DNA of 64,000 nt from Candidatus Latescibacterota bacterium (lineage in GTDB: Bacteria > Latescibacterota > UBA2968 > GCA-2709665): the NCBI GenBank assembly GCA_965219455.1, contig OZ244744.1, positions 2,208,001-2,272,000 on the forward strand. Reading direction: 5' to 3'. A program made the translations under genes and the position numbers. Positions within the stretch are counted from its first letter, which is position 1. Each line of letters begins with the position of its first letter. Below, piece by piece: positions 48,313-57,645 of this stretch. The notes under the pieces were generated by a model. The model was not told the origin of the DNA. It saw only the letters and a program-made list of their open reading frames with translations, and did not search any database.

Positions 48313-48530
48313 CAGTCCGTTGACAAAGTCGCTCTGCAGGCGAGGTCTCGTGTCCCGTCCCAGAAATATGTCACCATTCGGCAATCTATTTCCGGGACAG
48401 AACACTTGCGATTGTGAACGAAGACAAGGCGCGCGACCGAGTCGAATCGGGGGATTCGGGGAGGGAGCGCAACGCAGCAATTCGGCCACAAGAGCCGGCC
48501 GCAGACCGGATGGACTTTTTCAACGGGCTG
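48313..48530 (+). mobile_element. MITE family B copy carrying a nested 54-bp family A mini-element (48351-48404)
   Basis: B ends CAGTCCGTTGACAAAGTC / GACTTTTTCAACGGGCTG with flanks TTAA / CTAA; the insert TGTCCCGTCCCAGAAATA...TATTTCCGGGACAGAACA is absent from the other B copies. Confidence 0.8.
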
Positions 48531-48548
48531 CTAAACGGGGAGACACCT

Positions 48549-50021
48549 ATGGACAGATCTACGGAAAAAATCGCCAAAGAGGGTCTGACTTATGACGATG
48601 TGTTGTTGATTCCCGGAAAATCCGAAGTACTGCCCAACCAGGTGGATCTGACCACGCAACTCACCCGTATGATCAGGTTGAATATTCCACTGGTGAGTGC
48701 CGCCATGGATACGGTTACCGAAGCCCGGCTGGCCGTCGCACTTGCCCAGGAGGGCGGTATCGGAATTGTCCACAGGAATCTGTCCATCGACGAGCAGACC
48801 GAGGAAGTGGCCAAGGTGAAGCGGTCGGAAAGCGGGATGATCGTCGATCCGTTGACGCTTTCACCCGATAATTATATTCGAGAAGCGCTGGAGATGATGT
48901 CCAAGTATCGAATTTCCGGAGTGCCGATCGTTGATGGCGGAAAGAGGCTGGTGGGCATCCTGACCAACCGGGACCTCAGGTTCGAAAAGAACGTGCATCG
49001 GAAGGTGTCCGAGGTCATGACGCACAAGGGGCTGGTGACGGCCCGGTTGGGGATATCTCTTGAGGAAGCACAGGAAATTCTCCAGGAACATCGTATTGAA
49101 AAGTTGCCCGTGGTCGACGAGAAAGGCGTGCTTAAAGGCTTGATCACCGTAAAGGATATTGAGAAAAAGATCCAGTATCCGCACGCGTGCAAAGACAACC
49201 TCGGAAGGCTACGCGTCGGCGCCGCGGTGGGGGTGGGTAATGACCTGGAAGCCCGTGTCGGAACGCTGGTTGACCGGGACGTGGATGTGATTGTCGTGGA
49301 TACGGCGCACGGACACTCGCGGGGTGTTCTTGAAGCCGTCGAACGCATCAAGAATGCCTTTCCGGAAACCGAAGTGATTGCCGGAAACATTGTAACGGCC
49401 GAAGCGGCCCGGGATTTGATTCTGGCTGGAACGGATGCCGTCAAGGTTGGCATGGGGCCTTCGGCAAGTTGCACCACCCGGGTGATCGCCGGAGCCGGCG
49501 TGCCCCAGGTTTCGGCGATTATGGATTGCGCCGAGGTTGCGGAGAAGGCCGGCATTCCGGTGATCGCTGACGGCGGAATCACCCAGTCGGGAGATATCAC
49601 CAAGGCCATCGCGGCCGGCGCGAATTCCGTGATGATCGGATTCCTGTTCGCTGGGACGGACGAGAGTCCCGGAGAGACGATCATTTATCAGGGACGGACG
49701 TTCAAGGTTTATCGGGGTATGGGTTCGCTGGGCGCAATGCAGCGGGGAAGCAGGGACAGATATTTCCAGGGAGATGTTGAACCCAACAAACTGGTACCCG
49801 AGGGAATTGAAGGGCAGGTTCCATACAAAGGTTCAATTTCAGGATTCATATATCAACTCGTTGGCGGGTTGAGAGCGGGCATGGGCTATTGCGGAACGAG
49901 AACCATTGCGGAACTCCAGAGGAACGGTCGATTCGTGAAAGTGTCGTCGGCCGGTGTCCGGGAGAGCCATGCGCACGACGTGTCGGTTACGAAAGAGGCG
50001 CCAAACTACCGGCTGGAGTAG
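48549..50021 (+). CDS. guaB: IMP dehydrogenase with CBS pair and atypical active-site loop
   Basis: [36 protein letters not shown] and PEG motifs. Confidence 0.93.
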   Translation: MDRSTEKIAKEGLTYDDVLLIPGKSEVLPNQVDLTTQLTRMIRLNIPLVSAAMDTVTEARLAVALAQEGGIGIVHRNLSIDEQTEEVAKVKRSESGMIVDPLTLSPDNYIREALEMMSKYRISGVPIVDGGKRLVGILTNRDLRFEKNVHRKVSEVMTHKGLVTARLGISLEEAQEILQEHRIEKLPVVDEKGVLKGLITVKDIEKKIQYPHACKDNLGRLRVGAAVGVGNDLEARVGTLVDRDVDVIVVDTAHGHSRGVLEAVERIKNAFPETEVIAGNIVTAEAARDLILAGTDAVKVGMGPSASCTTRVIAGAGVPQVSAIMDCAEVAEKAGIPVIADGGITQSGDITKAIAAGANSVMIGFLFAGTDESPGETIIYQGRTFKVYRGMGSLGAMQRGSRDRYFQGDVEPNKLVPEGIEGQVPYKGSISGFIYQLVGGLRAGMGYCGTRTIAELQRNGRFVKVSSAGVRESHAHDVSVTKEAPNYRLE

Positions 50022-50106
50022 AACCCGGACGGCGGGACGGCACACGGCAGATGGTACTTCACATCTGCCGTTTCACATGGAGTTCCGAGGCGCCCGGGAG
50101 GCGAGC

Positions 50107-51234
50107 GTGCAGATCGATATCGAGGAAATTCGGACCCGGTTTCCCGTTACGCGGAATTGGATTTACATGAATCACGCCGGTATCGCGCCCATCTCACAGT
50201 GCGTCTACGGGGCAATGGACGGTATGCTGCGGGACCTGACCCACAACGGTATGGCAAACCTGCCCGAATGGGACGAGGTATGTAATCAGACGCGGGAATC
50301 GGCCGCCCGTCTGATTGGCGCAAACGCGGCGGAAATTGCCTTTGTCAAGAATACGACTGAAGGTATCTTGATGGTCGCCAACGGATTGGCGTGGCGGGAG
50401 GGCGACAACGTCGTCATCCCCGATCGGGGATTCCCGGCTAATATCTACCCGTGGTTGAACCTGCGTTCAGAAGGCGTCGAGGTCCGGCGTGTTCCCGAGG
50501 TTGACGGCCGTATCCCCTTGAAGGGCTTGTTGAACGCTGTCGACGAACGGACACGAGTGCTTTCCGTGAGTTCAGTGGAGTTCGCAAGCGGATTCAGGCA
50601 CGACCTGCGGAAAATCGGCAGATTCTGTAGAGAGCGGGGCGTTCTTTTCTTTGTGGACGTTATTCAGAGCCTCGGGGTGCTGAACCTGGACGTGGCTGAC
50701 GCCGAAATCGATTTTGTTTCGGCCGACGCTCACAAATGGCTTCTGGGTCCGGAGGGAATCGGCGTCTTCTATTGCTCACACCACGCCCGGCCAAACCTGC
50801 GCGTGGTGAATCTGGGCTGGGCGAACGTCGTGGAGCCGAGGGATTTTCTTTCGTACGATACCACTCTATTGTCCGATGCGCAGCGGTTTGAATGCGGCAC
50901 ATTGAATACGGTCGGCATCCACGGGTTGAGGGCCGGTCTCGAACTCCTTCATCGTGTCGGCATCGAACGGATCGAGGCGAGGGTATTGTCATTAACCGAT
51001 CAACTCTGCACCGGGCTCGAGGAAAAAGGTTATCGGGTGGTCAGTTCGCGAGCTGGAGGCGAAAAGTCGGGCATTGTCGTCTTCCACCATTCCCGGATCG
51101 CCACGGAAGCCATTTATCGGAAGCTGAACGGGGCACGGATCGTTTGCGCGATACGGGGGGGACGTATCCGACTGTCGCCGCATTTCTACAATACCGAAGA
51201 GGAAGTCGATCGTGTGCTGGAAACCATTCCGTAA
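50107..51234 (+). CDS. Class V PLP-dependent enzyme (cysteine desulfurase / lyase-like)
   Basis: YMNHAG, NTTEG, VDVIQSLG, HKWLLGPEG and SPHFYN motifs; GTG start after GGAGG. Confidence 0.9.
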   Translation: MQIDIEEIRTRFPVTRNWIYMNHAGIAPISQCVYGAMDGMLRDLTHNGMANLPEWDEVCNQTRESAARLIGANAAEIAFVKNTTEGILMVANGLAWREGDNVVIPDRGFPANIYPWLNLRSEGVEVRRVPEVDGRIPLKGLLNAVDERTRVLSVSSVEFASGFRHDLRKIGRFCRERGVLFFVDVIQSLGVLNLDVADAEIDFVSADAHKWLLGPEGIGVFYCSHHARPNLRVVNLGWANVVEPRDFLSYDTTLLSDAQRFECGTLNTVGIHGLRAGLELLHRVGIERIEARVLSLTDQLCTGLEEKGYRVVSSRAGGEKSGIVVFHHSRIATEAIYRKLNGARIVCAIRGGRIRLSPHFYNTEEEVDRVLETIP

Positions 51235-51279
51235 GACGCTTAACCGCGTCGCAGGCGGCGAAACCCGCGCAGGGTGCAT

Positions 51280-51699
51280 ATGATGACGGAGAATGTCGCC
51301 GGCGAGGTCGAGGGTCTTCTTGACTCACTGGAAAATGCCGTAGTCGATCGGGATTCGGATGCACTGGAAGAGATTCTGGCGGAGGATATCTGTGCGTTTT
51401 TTTCGGGAGGAGACACACCGGTACGCGGCCGGGAGGCCGTGCTCGCGACATGGATACGACACTTCGAGCGCTGGTCTGACGTGCGAATCGTGCGAAGGAC
51501 TACCGGGGTGGAAACCCGCGGAAATGTGGCCTGGGGACGCTTTCTGTGGGACGGCGAGGGCAGGGTGGGCGCGCAACGCTACAGGTTGGAAGGGGAGCGG
51601 TGGACCGTGGTTCTGCGATTCGAGAGTGGATGCTGGCGGTTCGTACAGATGCATTCGTCCATGCCGTACAGGGATTGGGAAGCGCATCGCACGGAGTGA
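51280..51699 (+). CDS. NTF2/SnoaL-like protein
   Basis: VRGREAV and RWTVVLR....WRFVQMHSS motifs. Confidence 0.8.
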   Translation: MMTENVAGEVEGLLDSLENAVVDRDSDALEEILAEDICAFFSGGDTPVRGREAVLATWIRHFERWSDVRIVRRTTGVETRGNVAWGRFLWDGEGRVGAQRYRLEGERWTVVLRFESGCWRFVQMHSSMPYRDWEAHRTE

Positions 51700-51862
51700 T
51701 TTTCCGGGGATAGTGTCCGGTGCCGGCATAAAGGATTCATGGCTTTGGGAATCCATGCATCCCTTCAGCGCCGGGAGGATGCATCTGCGCCTCACGATGC
51801 GGATTCCTTACGCCTGGACCGCAGGGTAAAGCGTCGGCGAAGACGGATTTCAAACGAGGGTC

Positions 51863-52978
51863 GTGGTGGATGGATTGCCGGAAACGATTCTGCAGTTTGG
51901 CGGAGGCAGTTTTCTCCGGGCGTTCGCGGATGTGTTCGTACACGAGGCGAATGCCCGCGGTGAATCCGTGGGGCGCGTCGTGGTGGTGCAGTCCACCGAG
52001 GGCAATCGCGCTGCGTTGCTGAACGCGCAGGGTGGACGGTATCACGTGGTCTTCAGGGGGTTGGCCGAGGGGGAAGAAATCGACAGAACACTCGCGGTTC
52101 GAAGTATCAGCCGTGCGCTGGTTGCGAAATCCGAGTGGGCTAAGGTGATGGAGGTTGCCCGGTCGCCGGCTTTACGCATGGTCATTTCCAATACGACCGA
52201 AGCGGGGTACTCGCTCGTCGACAAAGATAATCCCCACATGCCCCGTTCATTCCCCGCCCGACTGCTTTGCGTTCTCCAGGCACGTTACGAAGGTGGTCTG
52301 GCGGGTTTAACGGTGTTACCCTGTGAACTGGTAGAGCCGAATGGGGAGTTGCTGCAGGAACTGGTGCTTGCCCAGGCCGAAGCCTGGCGCCTGGATGCGG
52401 GGTTTCAGGACTGGATCCGCCGGAACGTCCGATGGGTGAATACACTGGTGGATCGAATCGTAAGCGGCAGGCCGGAAGCGCATCCGCTTCTGGCGTCTGA
52501 CGGGCTGCTGACGGCAGCGGAACCGTTTGCCCTCTGGGTGATCGAAGCAGGAGCAGGGGAACTATTCGCACACGGGTGTGTCCGGTGTGTTGACGACGTT
52601 CGACCGTATGCGTTGAGGAAGGTGCGCATTCTGAACGGAGCGCATACGGCGCTGGTGTGCAGGGCGCTTCCGTCGGGATTGCGGACGGTTCGGGAGGCGG
52701 TGGGGGATCCGGTGGTCGGGCCGTGGCTGCGGCGCCTGGTTTTCGAGGAAATCGTACCCACGCTTCGGGATGTCGTGGAAGACGCCGTGCCGTTTGCCGA
52801 ACAGGCTCTCGATCGATTCGCCAATCCCTTCCTGGATCACCGGCTCGAGGACATCGCGCTGCATCACGACGAGAAAGTAAGGGTCCGGTTGAAGCCGACC
52901 TATGAGGCGTTTCTGAAAGCATTTGGCCGGCCGCCGGATTTGCTGGGAAACATACTCGCTCGAGAAGCGTGGCGATGA
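51863..52978 (+). CDS. Tagaturonate reductase / mannitol dehydrogenase family
   Basis: ILQFGGGSFLRAF, SNTTEAG, PCEL, NTLVDRIV, KVRILNGAH and RFANPF motifs. Confidence 0.88.
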   Translation: MVDGLPETILQFGGGSFLRAFADVFVHEANARGESVGRVVVVQSTEGNRAALLNAQGGRYHVVFRGLAEGEEIDRTLAVRSISRALVAKSEWAKVMEVARSPALRMVISNTTEAGYSLVDKDNPHMPRSFPARLLCVLQARYEGGLAGLTVLPCELVEPNGELLQELVLAQAEAWRLDAGFQDWIRRNVRWVNTLVDRIVSGRPEAHPLLASDGLLTAAEPFALWVIEAGAGELFAHGCVRCVDDVRPYALRKVRILNGAHTALVCRALPSGLRTVREAVGDPVVGPWLRRLVFEEIVPTLRDVVEDAVPFAEQALDRFANPFLDHRLEDIALHHDEKVRVRLKPTYEAFLKAFGRPPDLLGNILAREAWR

Positions 52979-53220
52979 CGTCTACAAAAAATCGCCGATA
53001 TCCGATTCCCGCCGGAATGGGTCGGTACGAAGAAACGATTCAACGCAGCCGGTTCATTACTACATTGACCCATGCGCAGACAGTGGGTGCGGCGAAATCC
53101 TTCGTGGCGCGAATGCGCGCGGAGTTTCCGGACGCAAGCCACAATTGCTGGGCCTATCTGCTCGGGCCGCCGGGGGTCTCTATGACAAATGCCCAGGTCA
53201 AGGGAGGTGTGGATGGATAA
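52969..53220 (+). pseudogene. Truncated YigZ/IMPACT family gene
   Basis: IQRSRFI...DASHNCWAY is present, but the frame diverges and stops before the SDDGEP.GTAG motif. Confidence 0.8.
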
Positions 53221-54442
53221 AGCAGCACTGTTGGGCGGAACACCCGTCCGATCCGAACCGTTTCCGTCCTGGCCGCAGTCGGACGGGCGCGACCTGGATT
53301 ATCTGAGCGAGGTACTGGATACCAGTCTTTGGGGAGGCACCATTCATGGCCCGAGGGTGACGGCGTTCTGCGATGCATTCGCACAGTATTCGGACGCACG
53401 GCATGGCGTGGGGATGGGCAGCTGTACGGCCGGGCTGGAGTTGTCCCTGCGGGCATTTGGCGTTGGACCGGGAGACGAAGTGATCGTCCCTGCCTACACC
53501 TTCATTGCAACGGCGCTGGCGCCGCTTGCGATAGGCGCGGATATTGTTTTCGTGGACATCGATCCCCGGACGTTCTGCGCAACGTCGGAGACGATGGAAA
53601 GGGCCATATCCTCGCGTACGAAAGCGGTGATTCCCGTTCATTTTGCAGGACACGCCGCGGACGTGGCAGGAATTCGGACGTTGGCGGACAAGCACGGGCT
53701 GAAGGTCGTATGGGACGCGGCCCACGCGCACACATCCGGGTGGCGGGGCAGGATGCTGGGCGGTCCGGGCGACGTGGCGGTCTACAGTTTCAACCACGCA
53801 AAGAATCTGACGTGCGGCGAGGGAGGGATTGTGACCACGAACGACGAAGGGCTCGCGGATTTTCTGAAGTACACACTCTCCACGTTCGGAAGGAAAAAGG
53901 GCCGGCCCTGGTACGAACATCACCATTTGGGATTTTCGGATCCGTTGACGGAGTTCCAGGGCGCGATTCTACTGGCACAGTTCGAGCGGCTGGAGGAGCA
54001 GAGCCTTAAGCGCGAGGAGAATGCCAGGTTGCTGATTCGCGGGCTGACGGAGGTTAAAGGGATAGAACCGCCATACGTCGGTCCGGACGTCACACGCCAT
54101 GGCTGGCACGTGTTTGTCATGACCTATAACGGAGACGCGTTCAAGGGGCTACCCAAGGAGACGTTTCGCAGGGCGCTCGAAGCGGAGGGAATCCCGAACG
54201 GCGGGTATACCTATCCGTTATATGACAATCCCATGTTCAACAAAGAAACGGGCGAAGTCGCCGGAGCGCAGGGCAGGTGTCGCGTGATGCCCTGTCCGGT
54301 GAGCGAGTGGGCTTGCAGGGACGGCGTATTCAATATAGCGCAATCAGTGCTGCTGGATGACGCCGACGGCATGAACGATATTGTCACCGCCATAGAGAAG
54401 GTGAAAGCGAATGCCGACGCGCTTCTGGAGTGGAAGGAGTAA
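53213..54442 (+). CDS. DegT/DnrJ/EryC1/StrS aminotransferase
   Basis: GDEVIVPAYTFIAT, PVHFAG, DAAHA and SFNHAKNLTCGEGG motifs. Confidence 0.92.
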   Translation: MDKAALLGGTPVRSEPFPSWPQSDGRDLDYLSEVLDTSLWGGTIHGPRVTAFCDAFAQYSDARHGVGMGSCTAGLELSLRAFGVGPGDEVIVPAYTFIATALAPLAIGADIVFVDIDPRTFCATSETMERAISSRTKAVIPVHFAGHAADVAGIRTLADKHGLKVVWDAAHAHTSGWRGRMLGGPGDVAVYSFNHAKNLTCGEGGIVTTNDEGLADFLKYTLSTFGRKKGRPWYEHHHLGFSDPLTEFQGAILLAQFERLEEQSLKREENARLLIRGLTEVKGIEPPYVGPDVTRHGWHVFVMTYNGDAFKGLPKETFRRALEAEGIPNGGYTYPLYDNPMFNKETGEVAGAQGRCRVMPCPVSEWACRDGVFNIAQSVLLDDADGMNDIVTAIEKVKANADALLEWKE

Positions 54443-54445
54443 GAA

Positions 54446-55264
54446 ATGGCCGAGACGGTTGCACTGACGTTGTCCCAGCGGTATCATTTCGACACATACG
54501 GTTACGTATTGCTGGAAGACGCGTTGACGCAGGGCGAGGTAGCGCGCATGAAGGCGGCGCTTTACCGGCTGAAAGCCGATCCCGAATCGGCGGCACCGCG
54601 CGTGTACGTGCGCCCGAGGGACGATCACCACGTGCTGTTTGGAAATCTGGTGGAGTACGACCCTGCTTTGCTGGAATACGCGGCCCATCCCGGGCTGGTT
54701 CCTCTGGTGGAAGAGGTGGTGGGCGGGGCGGTTCGACTGGAGGAGACGGAAGCGATTATCAATCGGCGGGATTCGAAGACGGATCTGGATCAACTTCGGA
54801 AACGCCGGACCAATCCTACGGGTTTTCACAGGGGAACTACGGCGACCTGGGGTTGTTATACGGAGCAGGATCGGTTTCACTGTATCTTTGTAAAGACGCT
54901 CGCTTATCTGACGGACGTGGGTCCGGATGACGGAGGCACCTGCCTGATTCCCGGCAGCCACCGGTTGACGTGGCCCCGCGAAGAGATGATTCGGGCGGCC
55001 ATGGACGACGAGAGGCTGATCCATCAGGTCGAAGCCAGGGCCGGTTCGGTACTCTTGTTCGGGGAGTCGCTGATTCACAGCACCACGGCCATCAGGAGCG
55101 ATAGGGAGCGGGTGATTCTGGTTGCGGGATACACGCCGCCGATGCTCCGGGAGTGGATGGGCAACGAAGTGAGCCCCGGATTTGTCGCGACCCTGCCCCA
55201 AGAGATGCGGCCGCTGATTTCGGGCAGCGACAGCTGGAACTGGCGGCGGAACTATACACAGTAG
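54446..55264 (+). CDS. PhyH-family Fe(II)/2-oxoglutarate dioxygenase
   Basis: FDTYGYV.LE.AL, YLTDVGPDDGGT.LIPGSH and AGSVLLF...LIH motifs; the first iron motif reads HRG rather than HxD. Confidence 0.85.
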   Translation: MAETVALTLSQRYHFDTYGYVLLEDALTQGEVARMKAALYRLKADPESAAPRVYVRPRDDHHVLFGNLVEYDPALLEYAAHPGLVPLVEEVVGGAVRLEETEAIINRRDSKTDLDQLRKRRTNPTGFHRGTTATWGCYTEQDRFHCIFVKTLAYLTDVGPDDGGTCLIPGSHRLTWPREEMIRAAMDDERLIHQVEARAGSVLLFGESLIHSTTAIRSDRERVILVAGYTPPMLREWMGNEVSPGFVATLPQEMRPLISGSDSWNWRRNYTQ

Positions 55265-55291
55265 AATCAATTCTTGCGAGGAGTTCTCTCA

Positions 55292-56035
55292 ATGGCGGAC
55301 TTGCGTGTATTTGTCGGAGATCTGACCCGATCAGAGTTTCGGAAGCGGATGGAGTCGGGTGTGATCGAGGCGGGGATTGTGCCGATCGGCGCCACGGAGC
55401 AACACAACGAACACCTGGAGATGATTCACGATGCATTTCACGTGAGTCACGTCGCGGAACAGGCCGCCAGGCGGCTTCATCCGCAGGTCGTGGTGGCGTC
55501 TCCGGTTAGCATCGGCGTCTCGGAGCAATGGATGGAACATATCGGAACGCTGACGGTCCGGCCGGAGATTTTTTGCGAGTACGTTTACGACGTGTGTGAT
55601 TCACTCAGACGGGCGGGTGTTCGGAATATTCTGATTCTGAATGGCCATGGGGGTAACGTGAAACCGCTTATGCGCCGTATTGACGAGTACCGGGAACGGC
55701 TGGGTCTGAATCTCCGGTTTCAATCATACTGGGATGTGTACGATCCCGCGCTGGTTTTTTCGACCATGGAGACCAACCGTCTTCCCGGACACGCCTGTGA
55801 ATACGAAACCTCGACGATGATGTTGCTTGCGCCGGAACGGGTGCACACGGCGGATATCGTCAATGAGGCGGCAACGCTCGCAACGAGAGAAAAAGGGGAG
55901 CTGCTAATTGAGGCGGCTGCTACGGGTGTGGCGGACCTGGTGCGCCAAATGATCGCGGGCGAACCGGTGAATAAACCTCCGGTCACGTTCGTGGATGGAC
56001 AACGCATTCATATGGTGACCGGCGACCCGGTTTAG
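55292..56035 (+). CDS. Creatininase family amidohydrolase
   Basis: PIGATEQH..HL...HD, NGHGGN and HACEYETS motifs. Confidence 0.9.
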   Translation: MADLRVFVGDLTRSEFRKRMESGVIEAGIVPIGATEQHNEHLEMIHDAFHVSHVAEQAARRLHPQVVVASPVSIGVSEQWMEHIGTLTVRPEIFCEYVYDVCDSLRRAGVRNILILNGHGGNVKPLMRRIDEYRERLGLNLRFQSYWDVYDPALVFSTMETNRLPGHACEYETSTMMLLAPERVHTADIVNEAATLATREKGELLIEAAATGVADLVRQMIAGEPVNKPPVTFVDGQRIHMVTGDPV

Positions 56036-56085
56036 GCTGGCGACCCTACGCGATGCGTATCGGCCTTCAGGCGAACCGCAAAAAA

Positions 56086-56160
56086 TGGAGCCGCCCGGGG
56101 GACTCGAACCCCCGACCTACGGATTACAAATCCGTTGCTCTACCACTGAGCTAGGGCGGC
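56086..56160 (-). tRNA. tRNA-Thr(TGT)
   Basis: GCCGCCCTAGCTCAGTGGTAGAGC ACGGA TTTGTAA TCCGT...GGTTCGAGTCC...GGGCGGCTCCA folds as a cloverleaf with encoded CCA. Confidence 0.96.
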
Positions 56161-56187
56161 TTGAATTCAGCACTTGACGACGGTCCG

Positions 56188-57600
56188 TCAGGACCGCTTC
56201 CAGACCGTCCCTTCGGGTGTGTCCTCCAACGAATAGCCCAATTCCGTGAACCGATCCCGAATCTCGTCCGCCCGCGCCCAATTCCTCTCCTGCCTCGCCT
56301 GGTCGCGTTCCCCGATCAACGCCTGAAGATCGTCGGGAAGTTCTTCCTCCTGGTCATCCTCCGATGGCGTATAGAACACCCCAAGAACCTGATCGATTTC
56401 GTCCAGGAAGCCGCCAATCCTGTCTGCGCCGACCCGGTCCACCCGTCCCTCTCCAAGCAGATCCTCCACGGCATTTACCATCTCAAATACGGCGCTCATC
56501 GCACGCGGTGTGTTCAGATCGTCATCCATGTGCCTGATAAACCCGTCCCGCGCCGTTTCCAACAGCGACGCGGGTTCCTCCCCGCCGTCCGTCTGTGTAA
56601 TATTGCTCAGCCTGCGCCTGAAATTGTCCAGCCTCCGCATGGTATTCCGGCCCGCGTCGAGCACTTCCCCGGAGAAATTGAACGCGGTACGATAATGGTT
56701 GCTCACGACCAGGTAGCGGAAAGCGCGGGCGTCATTTGGCGTATTCACGATATCCCGCACCGTCAGAAAATTGCCAAGGCTCTTGGACATCTTTTCGTCG
56801 TCTACGTTGATATGCGCGCCGTGCAGCCAGTAATTGACAAAGCGCCTGCCCGTTACGGCCTCGCTTTGCGCGATCTCATTCTGATGGTGCGGAAAAATCA
56901 GATCCACGGCCCCGGCGTGGATGTCGATGGTTTCCCCCAGATATTTAATCGACATGCATGAGCACTCCATGTGCCAGCCCGGCCTTCCCGTACCCAGGTC
57001 CGTTTTCCAGAACACGTCTCCGTCTTCGGATTTCCACGCCTTCCACAACACGAAGTCGCGCGCATCTGCCTTGTCATATTTATCCGTATCCACACCGCTG
57101 GCGCCTTCCTGCAATCCGGAAACGTCCAGTTGCGCCAATTCCCCGTATGAGGGAAAGCTCCGTATCGAGAAATATACGGATCCGTCGTGTACGTATGCAT
57201 GACCGTCTTCTATCATCCGCGCGATCATTTCCACCATTTCGGATATGTGGTCCGTGGCCCGCGGATAATGATCGGCCGGGAGCAGATTCAACGTTGCCAT
57301 ATCCTCGAAGAAGGCGGCCGTATACCGATCGGTGAGTTCCTTTAGCGTTGTCTTCTCGTCGCGCACTTTCCCGATAATATTGTCGTCCACGTCCGTTATG
57401 TTCATCACATGGCAAACCTGATAGCCACGATACGTCAGATAGCGTTTTATCACGTCAAAGACGACAAATGTCTTGAAATTTCCGATATGGGAATAGTCGT
57501 GAACCGTCGGCCCACAACTATAGAACGTGACCTTGCCCGGCTCGATCTCCCTGAATTCCTCTTTTTCCCGGGTCAAACTATTGTAAAAACAAATGGCCAT
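56188..57600 (-). CDS. cysS: Cysteine--tRNA ligase
   Basis: CGPTV, HIGN, GRPGWHMECS, FPHHQNE and KMSKS motifs. Confidence 0.97.
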   Translation of the reverse strand: MAICFYNSLTREKEEFREIEPGKVTFYSCGPTVHDYSHIGNFKTFVVFDVIKRYLTYRGYQVCHVMNITDVDDNIIGKVRDEKTTLKELTDRYTAAFFEDMATLNLLPADHYPRATDHISEMVEMIARMIEDGHAYVHDGSVYFSIRSFPSYGELAQLDVSGLQEGASGVDTDKYDKADARDFVLWKAWKSEDGDVFWKTDLGTGRPGWHMECSCMSIKYLGETIDIHAGAVDLIFPHHQNEIAQSEAVTGRRFVNYWLHGAHINVDDEKMSKSLGNFLTVRDIVNTPNDARAFRYLVVSNHYRTAFNFSGEVLDAGRNTMRRLDNFRRRLSNITQTDGGEEPASLLETARDGFIRHMDDDLNTPRAMSAVFEMVNAVEDLLGEGRVDRVGADRIGGFLDEIDQVLGVFYTPSEDDQEEELPDDLQALIGERDQARQERNWARADEIRDRFTELGYSLEDTPEGTVWKRS

Positions 57601-57645
57601 TGACGGTTCCCCTGTTGCAGCGTTCCAATACCCCATCGCACGTGG

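Noticed and set aside
48414-48548. N-terminal extensions of guaB, the S55 peptidase (4873-5130) and comM (38003-38260) in the ORF track
   Set aside because: They translate MITE or leader sequence; better starts with SD or promoter support lie downstream.
56036-56110. Integrative element att site at tRNA-Thr
   Set aside because: No integrase and no duplicated tRNA 3' end were noticed in the window.
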